Under the pieces are notes generated by a model. It did not search any database. It was not told the DNA's origin and worked only from the letters and a program-made list of their open reading frames with translations. This document shows positions 15,546 to 23,552 of a DNA stretch of 57,883 bases, in pieces. The position numbers were made by a program, and so were the translations under genes. Source of the stretch: a virus (taxonomy: Duplodnaviria > Caudoviricetes); the IMG/VR virus record IMGVR_UViG_3300028025_002279, positions 1 to 57,883 of that record, one strand, 5' to 3'. How positions within the stretch are numbered: the stretch's first letter is position 1; each line of letters starts with the position of its first letter.

Positions 15546-17351
15546 ATGGTTACTATGTTTCAGGACATCACGTCCATCACAAATCCCTACGTCGTAAATC
15601 TAGAGACTGTATTAGAAGCTATCAAGTCCGGCAAGTACAAGGATAAGATAGAAGAGATACGCTCAGATATAGATGACGACAGAAGGAGGAAGCTAAAAGG
15701 AAAACTACCATGCGTTTTATTCTGCGGAGAATTTACTAATGGAGTTGAGAAAGAGAAGGATGGTATAAAGTATATATCATTCAGAGACGATAGGTCTCTA
15801 AAGAAACACAGTGGCTTCGTACCCATAGACATAGATAAGCTGGATAACATAGATGTAAGAAGGGAGGAACTAAAAAGCCTCCCATTCATCTATGCTTTAT
15901 GGAAGTCATCTTCCGGTCAAGGTCTACACGGACTAGTAAAGATTGCAGACCCAAATAAACACACACAACATTATCGAGCTCTCTCTAATCACATTCCTGA
16001 TTTAGATAAAACAGCACAAAACCCTTCAAGGGTTCTATACGTATCTTACGACCCAGATATATATATAAACGATAAGTGCGATACGTTCTATGACATAGAA
16101 ACAGAACATAAAGCAGCTGTTGTGTATGGAAAGGGTGATGGCAATACTGACTATAGAAAGGTAGACATTGCTTGTAGAATGATACGTAACGCTCCTGATG
16201 GAGAGAAGCATAACACTCTACTTAGAGCAGCTAACCTTCTAGGTGGATTCGTAGCTACTGAAACTGTTGAGTATGATGTAGCAGAGTATTCTCTGAGACA
16301 CGAGATTAGCAGGAGAAACGTAGACAACATCAACCTAGCATATTCTACTATTAAAGATGGATTGAAGCATGGAATGACCATGCCAATATCCAATATCGAG
16401 TTAGAGTATAAGGCTGCTATTGATGACTTAGGACTAATGGAGGAGGAGCTAAACTTCCTTACCAACAACAAGACTGATGAAGAATATATACACAACTTCA
16501 GACTTGGATTGATACCTCAAGGTCTACCATTTGGTCACTATGCACTAGATGAACACGTGCTCTTAAAAGAGGGTGAGTTCTATGCAATACTTGGTCACTC
16601 TCATATTGGTAAGTCAACACTTACATTGTGGTTCTTGTTCTTGGCGGCACTAAGGTATAACTGGAACTTCATGGTATACTGTGGAGAGAATAGTTCAGCA
16701 TCTGTCAAGATTAAGCTAATGCAGTTCCTTGTAGGCAAGAGGATACAGAAGTTTACAGAGTACGAGCAGAAGCTCTCACTCAAATTTGTAGACGACCACT
16801 TCTTCCTGCTATCAAGTAATGAACTGTACAGCTACAAGGATATCATAAACCATGCCGTAAAGTTGATGGAGTATAAGTCGCTGAAAGGAATATTTATAGA
16901 CCCATATAATTCCCTTAAGATGGAGTTGGTTGGTAACGCTAGTAAGTATACCTACGACTATGAGGCCTACAGTGCCATGCTTACATTTACCAAGAAGTAT
17001 AACACTTCGCTGTTCCTTTCTGTTCACACTACTACAGCTGCACAGAGAGAGAAGGATGGTCAAGGTAATCAAGTAATGCCACACGCAACTGATGCTGAAG
17101 GCGGTAGTGCACTATATAACAGGTGTGACAACTTTATAACCATACACAGGAAGATTAAAGATAACAATGAGTTCATGTATACTCAAGTATCTGTTGATAA
17201 AGTTAGGAATGATGACACGGGTGGTAGGCCTACACATAGAGCAGAGCCTGTAATACTTAGAATGGTAGACAAGGTAGAATTTGTAAACGAAGATGGCACA
17301 CAGCCATTTAATAGAGATAGAGAACTTTTAATTCACGGATATAAAGTATGA
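15546..17351 (+). CDS. primase-helicase fusion (VirE-N/BT4734-like domain + DnaB-like helicase)
   Basis: KLP.V.F.G.F, SG...IDID, S.SG.G, SR..Y.SYDP..Y.N; Walker A GHSHIGKS, Walker B IFIDPYN. Confidence 0.85.
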   Translation: MVTMFQDITSITNPYVVNLETVLEAIKSGKYKDKIEEIRSDIDDDRRRKLKGKLPCVLFCGEFTNGVEKEKDGIKYISFRDDRSLKKHSGFVPIDIDKLDNIDVRREELKSLPFIYALWKSSSGQGLHGLVKIADPNKHTQHYRALSNHIPDLDKTAQNPSRVLYVSYDPDIYINDKCDTFYDIETEHKAAVVYGKGDGNTDYRKVDIACRMIRNAPDGEKHNTLLRAANLLGGFVATETVEYDVAEYSLRHEISRRNVDNINLAYSTIKDGLKHGMTMPISNIELEYKAAIDDLGLMEEELNFLTNNKTDEEYIHNFRLGLIPQGLPFGHYALDEHVLLKEGEFYAILGHSHIGKSTLTLWFLFLAALRYNWNFMVYCGENSSASVKIKLMQFLVGKRIQKFTEYEQKLSLKFVDDHFFLLSSNELYSYKDIINHAVKLMEYKSLKGIFIDPYNSLKMELVGNASKYTYDYEAYSAMLTFTKKYNTSLFLSVHTTTAAQREKDGQGNQVMPHATDAEGGSALYNRCDNFITIHRKIKDNNEFMYTQVSVDKVRNDDTGGRPTHRAEPVILRMVDKVEFVNEDGTQPFNRDRELLIHGYKV

Positions 17352-17587
17352 AGGGATACGATTTCATTATAGAGGACAGGGTTCCTGTGGTTGTATATGA
17401 TACTACAATAGAAAGCATAGAAGAGAGAAAGAAGAAAGCCAAAAACTATGATTCGATAAAGAAAGCTTGTCAGGTTCTTGGTGTAGGACAAAATGCGATA
17501 CGGATTGCCATAAGGAACAGGAGGAGAATATTCTCACCAAACTTAAAAAAAGAAGTAGCAGTTCGCTATGAAACAAGTAGGAAGTAG
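17348..17587 (+). CDS. small HTH protein (NUMOD1-like)
   Basis: YDSIKKACQVLGVGQNAIRIAI. Confidence 0.6.
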   Translation: MKGYDFIIEDRVPVVVYDTTIESIEERKKKAKNYDSIKKACQVLGVGQNAIRIAIRNRRRIFSPNLKKEVAVRYETSRK

Positions 17588-17945
17588 CCAAAAGAATTTC
17601 GATTTAGACCTTGAGTATGGTGAAGCAGGTGAATCAAAGCTGTTGTCTATACTCAATGGTGCTAAGAAGGTAGAAGTTAAGACTGATAGGCTAGCTCATG
17701 TTACAGGCAATGTAGCCGTAGAATTTAGATGTAATGGTAGGAGGAGTGGCATATCTACAACTGAAGCTGACTACTGGGCTTTTGTACTTTTAGATGGTAA
17801 GATTATAATCATGATACAAATCGATGAGCTAAGAGAAGTAGCTAGAAATAACTATCGTCTTGGACGTGTTGTATGCGGAGGAGACGGTAATAATTCAGAG
17901 ATGATTCTTGTAAACATAAAACAACTATATGAAAGAAGTATTTAA
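17568..17945 (+). CDS. PD-(D/E)XK-like endonuclease
   Basis: FD.DL..G..GE, VEVKTD, TGN.AVE, SGI.TT.ADYW. Confidence 0.7.
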   Translation: MKQVGSSQKNFDLDLEYGEAGESKLLSILNGAKKVEVKTDRLAHVTGNVAVEFRCNGRRSGISTTEADYWAFVLLDGKIIIMIQIDELREVARNNYRLGRVVCGGDGNNSEMILVNIKQLYERSI

Positions 17946-18327
17946 GGACGCAGCACTACAGTCTGCATTTGAGAGAGCTGTAACAAGCTACGAAAGTTTT
18001 AGGTCTGTTGTTGCAAAACAGGTAGACTGTGCTAATCCAAGCGAGATTATTGCTCACATGACAGAACTTACAGGAGTAATGACTATCGGTGCTACATGCA
18101 AAGCACAGTTCCAATTCCTTACAGAGAAGCTATCTTTTCAGAAGATGATGAATCTAAACAACGATGACATGTCTGCAACAGAGAAGAAGGTTATCATAGC
18201 CTATGAGATTGGTGACTGTTCGTTCTACAACAACCTCTGTGAGTACCTTATCAAAGAGGCACACTACAAGCATGACTTGTTGAGGAGTGCACTCTCTTAT
18301 TGTAAATCTGAAATAAATATGATATGA
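17929..18327 (+). CDS. hypothetical helical protein
   Basis: 132-aa ORF ending LRS.LSY.K.E. Confidence 0.7.
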   Translation: MKEVFKDAALQSAFERAVTSYESFRSVVAKQVDCANPSEIIAHMTELTGVMTIGATCKAQFQFLTEKLSFQKMMNLNNDDMSATEKKVIIAYEIGDCSFYNNLCEYLIKEAHYKHDLLRSALSYCKSEINMI

Positions 18328-18566
18328 TTACAAGAGAAGACATAGCTATGTACAATCCAGATGCCATCATGTGGGATGGACTAGATGAAGCTATAATAGG
18401 CATGACCACAAACGGTCACGTAGTATACGACATCTCTAAGATTCATGAGTTATTGATGGCTAATAGCGACATGACACTAGATGAAGCTATTGATTACGCA
18501 GAGTATAATATACTTTGTGCTCACGTAGGAGAGTTTACACCAGTTCACATGACAACTTTAAAATAG
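18324..18566 (+). CDS. conserved phage hypothetical protein
   Basis: DG.DEAIIG...VYD..K...EA.DY..YNI..A.VG..TP. Confidence 0.8.
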   Translation: MITREDIAMYNPDAIMWDGLDEAIIGMTTNGHVVYDISKIHELLMANSDMTLDEAIDYAEYNILCAHVGEFTPVHMTTLK

Positions 18567-18571
18567 AAAAC

Positions 18572-18787
18572 ATGGCAAAGTATCAAGGAGAAAACTACGG
18601 AACCATAATTACAATAGAGTTAAGCAACGAGCATACAGCAGATGAAGCTGTTAGGGCTTTTGGCTGTATTATGAAAACACTAGAGTTTCATGAGATGTCT
18701 ATTATCAATGCAATGTATAGATACGCAGACGAAAACACACCTGCTGAACCGGGTAAAATAAGTTTCGACTTTGAAGAGGATAACTAA
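18572..18787 (+). CDS. hypothetical protein
   Basis: start moved to ATG 18572. Confidence 0.65.
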   Translation: MAKYQGENYGTIITIELSNEHTADEAVRAFGCIMKTLEFHEMSIINAMYRYADENTPAEPGKISFDFEEDN

Positions 18788-19136
18788 ACAATATAAGTAC
18801 GGAGAGAAGTTCGACTCAAAGCTTGAGTTATACTTTTATGAACTCCTTAAGAAGGAGAATATAAAGTTTGACTTTCAAGTGACATATACCTTGCACCCAT
18901 CATTCAAGTACAACAAAGCCACGGTTAGGGCAATGACCCTGACTGTGGACTTTGATTTTACAAAGCATGGTAAGAATATTATAGTAGATACAAAAGGATT
19001 CCAGAGAGCAGATAATAAATTAAAGTGGAAATTGATTAAGTATGTTTTGTTTCAGTCAGGGAAGACACCTGATATACACTTCCCTAAGAATCAAAAAGAA
19101 TGTGGAGAAATTTTACAGATAATAAAAAAGTTGTAA
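18771..19136 (+). CDS. DUF1064-like endonuclease
   Basis: G.KFDSKLE..FY, Q..Y.L, DF...IVDTKG, LK.KL. Confidence 0.8.
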   Translation: MKRITKQYKYGEKFDSKLELYFYELLKKENIKFDFQVTYTLHPSFKYNKATVRAMTLTVDFDFTKHGKNIIVDTKGFQRADNKLKWKLIKYVLFQSGKTPDIHFPKNQKECGEILQIIKKL

Positions 19137-19163
19137 TTTAGCAAACAATCCAACATAACCAAT

Positions 19164-20195
19164 ATGCCTAAAAAATTTAGACCTAGAATCACGGAAGATG
19201 AGTATAATATTTTATTAGACATTAGAAGTAGACACAAAGCTCTAAGTCAAGAATGCGAAGCAATAGGAATACCAGTAGGAGATGTAAAACATTATTGGTA
19301 TAAAGGTGAGAATTTCTCTATCAATGTAAAGAACCCAATTGTATCTTATACAGATGTAAAAGATATTATTGTAGAAGAGATGAAAATATACTCACCTAAG
19401 TACCCTGCTGTAAAGAGAGAGAAACATAAATCACCACATCTATTAGTTATAGACCCAGCTGATATCCACATAGGAAAACTTGCCGTAAAGTCAGAAACTG
19501 GTGAAGATTATAATCCCGGTATCGCTGTTGCAAGAGTATCTACAGCCGTTCAGGATATACTTGCAAAATCTCAGGGATTTAACGTAGACAAGATTATGTA
19601 CATCATAGGTAACGATATCCTACATACAGATACGCCTAGACGTACAACTACAAGCGGTACTCCACAGGATACTGAAGGCATGTGGCACGAGAACTTCTTG
19701 ACAGCCAAGTGGTTACATGTATCTGTTATCGAGATGCTTATGCAGGTAGCTGATGTATACGTACAATACGACCCATCTAATCATGACTATACATCTGGTT
19801 TTTTCCTAGCTGATACCATAAGTTCTTGGTTCTCAAACAGCAAACAAGTTACATTTAATGTTTCTGTTGCTCACAGGAAGTATTTTAGATACCATAATAA
19901 CCTTATAGGTACTACACATGGCGATGGTGCTAAAGAGACAGATTTAGCCCTCCTAATGGCTCACGAGACGGGTGCAGATTGGTCTCAGTGCAAGCACAAA
20001 TACTTCTACACACATCACATACATCACAAGAAATCAAAGGATTATATGGGAGTTACTGTAGAATCTATGAGGAGTCCTTCAGGACCTGATGGATGGCACT
20101 CTAGAAATGGATATCAACATAGCCCTAAAGGTGTAGATGCTTTCATACACCACCCCGAACAAGGTCAGATAGCTAGAATATCACATATATTCTGA
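19164..20195 (+). CDS. calcineurin-like metallophosphoesterase
   Basis: D.H.GK, GND..H, SNHD, HGD and H.HH motifs. Confidence 0.85.
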   Translation: MPKKFRPRITEDEYNILLDIRSRHKALSQECEAIGIPVGDVKHYWYKGENFSINVKNPIVSYTDVKDIIVEEMKIYSPKYPAVKREKHKSPHLLVIDPADIHIGKLAVKSETGEDYNPGIAVARVSTAVQDILAKSQGFNVDKIMYIIGNDILHTDTPRRTTTSGTPQDTEGMWHENFLTAKWLHVSVIEMLMQVADVYVQYDPSNHDYTSGFFLADTISSWFSNSKQVTFNVSVAHRKYFRYHNNLIGTTHGDGAKETDLALLMAHETGADWSQCKHKYFYTHHIHHKKSKDYMGVTVESMRSPSGPDGWHSRNGYQHSPKGVDAFIHHPEQGQIARISHIF

Positions 20196-20224
20196 TTGTA
20201 AACAAAAAAGTTTGCAGAACTTAT

Positions 20225-20410
20225 CTAGTTAGCGTTAATTTGCATTAGCAAGAATGGGTCATTGTCATACGCAATGATTCCGTCATCACAAGAAATATAG
20301 TCGATATTGAATTTCTGGATTTCATTCAGAACTGTCTCTGTCTCCTTTATTGAACAAACGTAGAGGAGCATATCTGACTTATTTTCTGTTGGACGAACTA
20401 GATAAATCAT
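20225..20410 (-). CDS. hypothetical protein
   Basis: ATG 20410 lies 3 nt after TATATTTG (20414-21, minus strand). Confidence 0.6.
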   Translation of the reverse strand: MIYLVRPTENKSDMLLYVCSIKETETVLNEIQKFNIDYISCDDGIIAYDNDPFLLMQINAN

Positions 20411-20427
20411 GACCAAATATATACATT

Positions 20428-20544
20428 ATGCAAGAGAATGAAAAAGACCAACTCATTAAGGAGTTGATGGAAAAGAAAAAAAAACTAGAAAAGATTCAAG
20501 ATGAAATTGCAAAGCAACTTAGAAAACTTATATATGCTAGATAA
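20428..20544 (+). CDS. small coiled-coil peptide (38 aa)
   Basis: MQENEKDQLIKELMEKKKKLEKIQDEIAKQLRKLIYAR. Confidence 0.5.
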   Translation: MQENEKDQLIKELMEKKKKLEKIQDEIAKQLRKLIYAR

Positions 20545-20550
20545 CTATCA

Positions 20551-20823
20551 TCAAGCTTTAGAAGAGCCTGACTTTCCGTTTCTTGAACGGTTAATTCTTG
20601 CGAGCTCAAGCTTTAACTTGCCTGATTTCTTATGACTCATATCCATACCATCACCATTGCCATACGTACCAGCATCTCTGTTGGCCTTATTAAGCTCTGC
20701 TCTATACCTCTTACGTTCTTTAGTTTTATGGTACTCCTTATCGTACGCTCTCTTCCTATCTATTGAAGATTTGCTCCACCCTTCATAGCTTGGGTGTTTT
20801 CCTGCATTACTGTTTTTTGCCAT
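20551..20823 (-). CDS. small basic protein, degenerate HNH-like
   Basis: Y.KEY...RA..N.A.R...G.GDG.D.SH...NR.RN. Confidence 0.65.
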   Translation of the reverse strand: MAKNSNAGKHPSYEGWSKSSIDRKRAYDKEYHKTKERKRYRAELNKANRDAGTYGNGDGMDMSHKKSGKLKLELARINRSRNGKSGSSKA

Positions 20824-21001
20824 GTTTAGAGGCTTTAATTCTTTTCTCTATCCAAGCGTACATCTGCATGCTTAACCATATCAATGACATGATACTTACA
20901 AGACCATTCAGGATTGGACTGATAGATACTACGTTAAAAAACGCCAACCACGACAGTATCGTTGAAGGTATTCCCAAAAAATCTAGTTCGTGATTGTCCA
21001 T
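20807..21001 (-). CDS. membrane protein, holin-like
   Basis: two hydrophobic segments and a basic C-terminus; TATATTTG at 21021-28. Confidence 0.6.
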   Translation of the reverse strand: MDNHELDFLGIPSTILSWLAFFNVVSISPILNGLVSIMSLIWLSMQMYAWIEKRIKASKHGKKQ

Positions 21002-21030
21002 TTTTTAAAATCATGTATTGCAAATATAAG

Positions 21031-21189
21031 TCAGTCTACTTTAAATATAGACTTCCATTTGTTGTCTTGCATATGCTCAGCATTTATAACAGCAAAAAGA
21101 ACTGTAAAAGGAACAGCAAAGGCCAAGAAGTCTACTCCAAGTTCAAATCCAATGATGGTTACGATTGATAAAAGGATAGCGAATTTCAT
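21031..21189 (-). CDS. small membrane protein (52 aa)
   Basis: hand-translated MKFAILLSIVTIIGFELGVDFLAFAVPFTVLFAVINAEH... Confidence 0.55.
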   Translation of the reverse strand: MKFAILLSIVTIIGFELGVDFLAFAVPFTVLFAVINAEHMQDNKWKSIFKVD

Positions 21190-21200
21190 AGGTATAAGGA

Positions 21201-21830
21201 TTATTTAAGAGATTTTAACATTTCTATCAATTTAGGATGTGGATACACATCAGACTTATCTTTTCTAACAGAATTGTGTGTATATATTCCGGGCTCATTT
21301 CTTAAAGCACGTAAAGATATGTCCCATATGTCTTCATTATAGTCTAAAGGAATATTATATCTCTTATTCCATAGTAATAAAAGCTCTCTAGTAGACTCTA
21401 TTTGCTCATCGGTATAATTATGCCAGAACTTATAACCCTTAAATGGCTTAGACAACTCTATAACATCTTCAACTTCTTTATTTACATAGTTATAGAACTT
21501 ACCATCCTTTTCTTTTACCCAACCCCAGTTACATATTTCTATGCCAATAGAAAACCTATCCAATGGCTTATATGGTATATTATTTTTAGTAAAGATATCA
21601 GTACTTAATCCTAAATGATATCCCCATTTCTTTGAAGAATATCCTTGAACTATTTCTCCAGATTGGGAAATAGCAACGCAGGTAGACACCCTTTCTTTAT
21701 TATTTTCCCAGTGTTTAAATACATTTTCACCTGAAGGTCCTCCGGCAGTATGATGAAGATATACCTGTGTCTTTTTGAACTCATCCTGAAAGTATTGTGT
21801 TTCTGAAAACTTAACCTGCTTTATATTCAT
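21201..21830 (-). CDS. endolysin, N-acetylmuramoyl-L-alanine amidase (Amidase_2)
   Basis: LHHTAG, SIGIEICNWG, YT..Q, TH...R.DK.D..P; start moved to 21830. Confidence 0.9.
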   Translation of the reverse strand: MNIKQVKFSETQYFQDEFKKTQVYLHHTAGGPSGENVFKHWENNKERVSTCVAISQSGEIVQGYSSKKWGYHLGLSTDIFTKNNIPYKPLDRFSIGIEICNWGWVKEKDGKFYNYVNKEVEDVIELSKPFKGYKFWHNYTDEQIESTRELLLLWNKRYNIPLDYNEDIWDISLRALRNEPGIYTHNSVRKDKSDVYPHPKLIEMLKSLK

Positions 21831-22062
21831 CTTTATTAGTATTTGTAAATTTTTCAGCAACCTTACTAATCGTTCCAAAACCTAAACTTCCTGTACATAT
21901 AAACACAACAGCATCTATAAGGCCTTCATGTGGGGTAATCTCCTTATGTGATGCTGCACTAATAACTAGGCATACGCATAGAGACAAACCTGACAATACT
22001 CCAACAAATCTGTTTGAGGAGTAATTACCTTTCTCATCCCTAAATATTTCTAATATCCTCAT
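21811..22062 (-). CDS. putative holin
   Basis: D..G..SS.RF.G, two TM segments, overlaps the endolysin start. Confidence 0.65.
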   Translation of the reverse strand: MRILEIFRDEKGNYSSNRFVGVLSGLSLCVCLVISAASHKEITPHEGLIDAVVFICTGSLGFGTISKVAEKFTNTNKDEYKAG

Positions 22063-22622
22063 AGTCTTATATTTAATCCTACACTATAAAATGGCTTTCC
22101 CCCACCTAGGCTAAACGAACCACTAAATATCTTATTATTCTTTAAATACATCACTGAAGGACCCAAAAATATGCCTCTTTCTGTTAAATCCATTCTAGAG
22201 CCCAAATAAAGCCCATTACGACGAATTTGACCCACGTATATAGTATCCCTATACGAAGGGAACATTAGGTCAGCAGAGAGCATCCTATTGACTATTGAAT
22301 TACGGCTTATGGTATCCTCAATATATAGGTATCCAAACTTACCTACATCCACCGTATCTACGTATACAGATTTTGCATAATATTCCCTGAGTACAGAATC
22401 CATCATGGCAGAATCTAAATATGGTACGTCTACGTAGATAGTAGTATCCTTGATTAAGGTGTCTTTTGGCAGGGTAACTTTAAATGGTACATACTGTGTA
22501 TCTGTTACAGTCCTGTATATTTCATATGACTCTCCTTCAATAACTACAGGCTCCTTATTCCATTCTACATACAACAGATAAGAAAGCACTAGAATCGTAA
22601 GTATAAATATTATATCTCTCAT
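22059..22622 (-). CDS. N-anchored envelope protein of the lysis cassette (spanin-like?)
   Basis: N-terminal TM, DT(I/V)Y repeats, amphipathic beta-rich C-terminus. Confidence 0.55.
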   Translation of the reverse strand: MRDIIFILTILVLSYLLYVEWNKEPVVIEGESYEIYRTVTDTQYVPFKVTLPKDTLIKDTTIYVDVPYLDSAMMDSVLREYYAKSVYVDTVDVGKFGYLYIEDTISRNSIVNRMLSADLMFPSYRDTIYVGQIRRNGLYLGSRMDLTERGIFLGPSVMYLKNNKIFSGSFSLGGGKPFYSVGLNIRL

Positions 22623-22626
22623 TGTA

Positions 22627-22634
22627 CAAATTTA
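22627..22634 (-). promoter_or_regulatory. -7 promoter element, near-leaderless
   Basis: TAAATTTG-TACA-ATG. Confidence 0.7.
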
Positions 22635-22644
22635 AGCTATTTTA

Positions 22645-22673
22645 CAAAAAGGGGGGTCCTAGAAAAGACCCCC
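22645..22673 (-). terminator. intrinsic terminator
   Basis: GGGGGTC/GACCCCC stem followed by TTTTT on the minus strand. Confidence 0.85.
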
Positions 22674-22703
22674 AATCAACAAACACATGAAAAACTATCT
22701 TAT

Positions 22704-23156
22704 TTATTCAGCCTCCATAGGAATCACTTCTACTTCCTCTACTTCATCAGCCTCTACTTCTTCTTTAGGGAAATTAAGTCCTTCTACCCAACCCTCAAGA
22801 AATCCATATCTTTCAATACCTTCATGAGAAAATGTAAATTGGTAAAACTCAAAAGTATCATCTAATAGATTTCTAATATCCTTATTGAGTTTTTTCAAGC
22901 CTTCCTTGCTAAACTTATACCCACCCTTGTCATCAAGGATAAGTGCACCAGATTCATCTGTGTGTGCGTTGTCTAACCTCAAGTCTTCAAGCTTCTCATT
23001 GTAAGCCTCTAATTCTGCCTTAATTTTAGCTCCAATCTTCTGTAGCTTTTTTACACCCTTAGTGTTTTCTGCAACATGTTCCTTAGAGCCAGATAAAATG
23101 TTGATTGCATTTGCGAGCTGTATTAGCTCCTGATACGTCTTAGTTACTTTTGCCAT
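22704..23156 (-). CDS. hypothetical late protein
   Basis: start moved to ATG 23156; TATTTTTG at 23177-84. Confidence 0.75.
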   Translation of the reverse strand: MAKVTKTYQELIQLANAINILSGSKEHVAENTKGVKKLQKIGAKIKAELEAYNEKLEDLRLDNAHTDESGALILDDKGGYKFSKEGLKKLNKDIRNLLDDTFEFYQFTFSHEGIERYGFLEGWVEGLNFPKEEVEADEVEEVEVIPMEAE

Positions 23157-23220
23157 GGTTTTTGGTATTTGTAAAGCAAAAATAGTGCCAAATTTGTTTT
23201 TTACCAAATAAAATAAACAC

Positions 23221-23244
23221 AAAAACCCAGCATTTCTGCTAGGT
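23221..23244 (-). terminator. intrinsic terminator
   Basis: CCTAGCA-GAAA-TGCTGGG-TTTTT. Confidence 0.8.
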
Positions 23245-23270
23245 AATGTGGGTTATTCTAAGGTAATAAC

Positions 23271-23537
23271 TTATTGTACTGGAGCGTCTGGTACGATTAC
23301 TAGACCTTTAGCAGCAGCTACATAGTCATCTACTACTGAATTGTCTTCTCCCCAATCAGCATACTCATCTTCAGATAGGGTGTAATTCCATCCCGGAACT
23401 ACTTCAACTCCTTCGTCAGAAAGTATTCTGTTGTAGGTCTGTGCAGTTGAATCGCTTGTTTTAAAAGGAAGTATTGTAACTTCTAGTGTTGTACCAATTC
23501 CTACGTGAGGAACATCAATCGGTTGAATCTTTGCCAT
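23271..23537 (-). CDS. tail-fibre-associated small protein
   Basis: follows fibre 2; similar to 26867-27151. Confidence 0.7.
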   Translation of the reverse strand: MAKIQPIDVPHVGIGTTLEVTILPFKTSDSTAQTYNRILSDEGVEVVPGWNYTLSEDEYADWGEDNSVVDDYVAAAKGLVIVPDAPVQ

Positions 23538-23552
23538 TTTTTATTTTATTTA

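Noticed and set aside
2148-17591. Minus-strand track ORFs over early genes (e.g. 2583-2879, 9684-9932, 10880-11077, 15587-17084)
   Set aside because: Antisense shadows of better-supported genes or RNAs; no leaders or motifs
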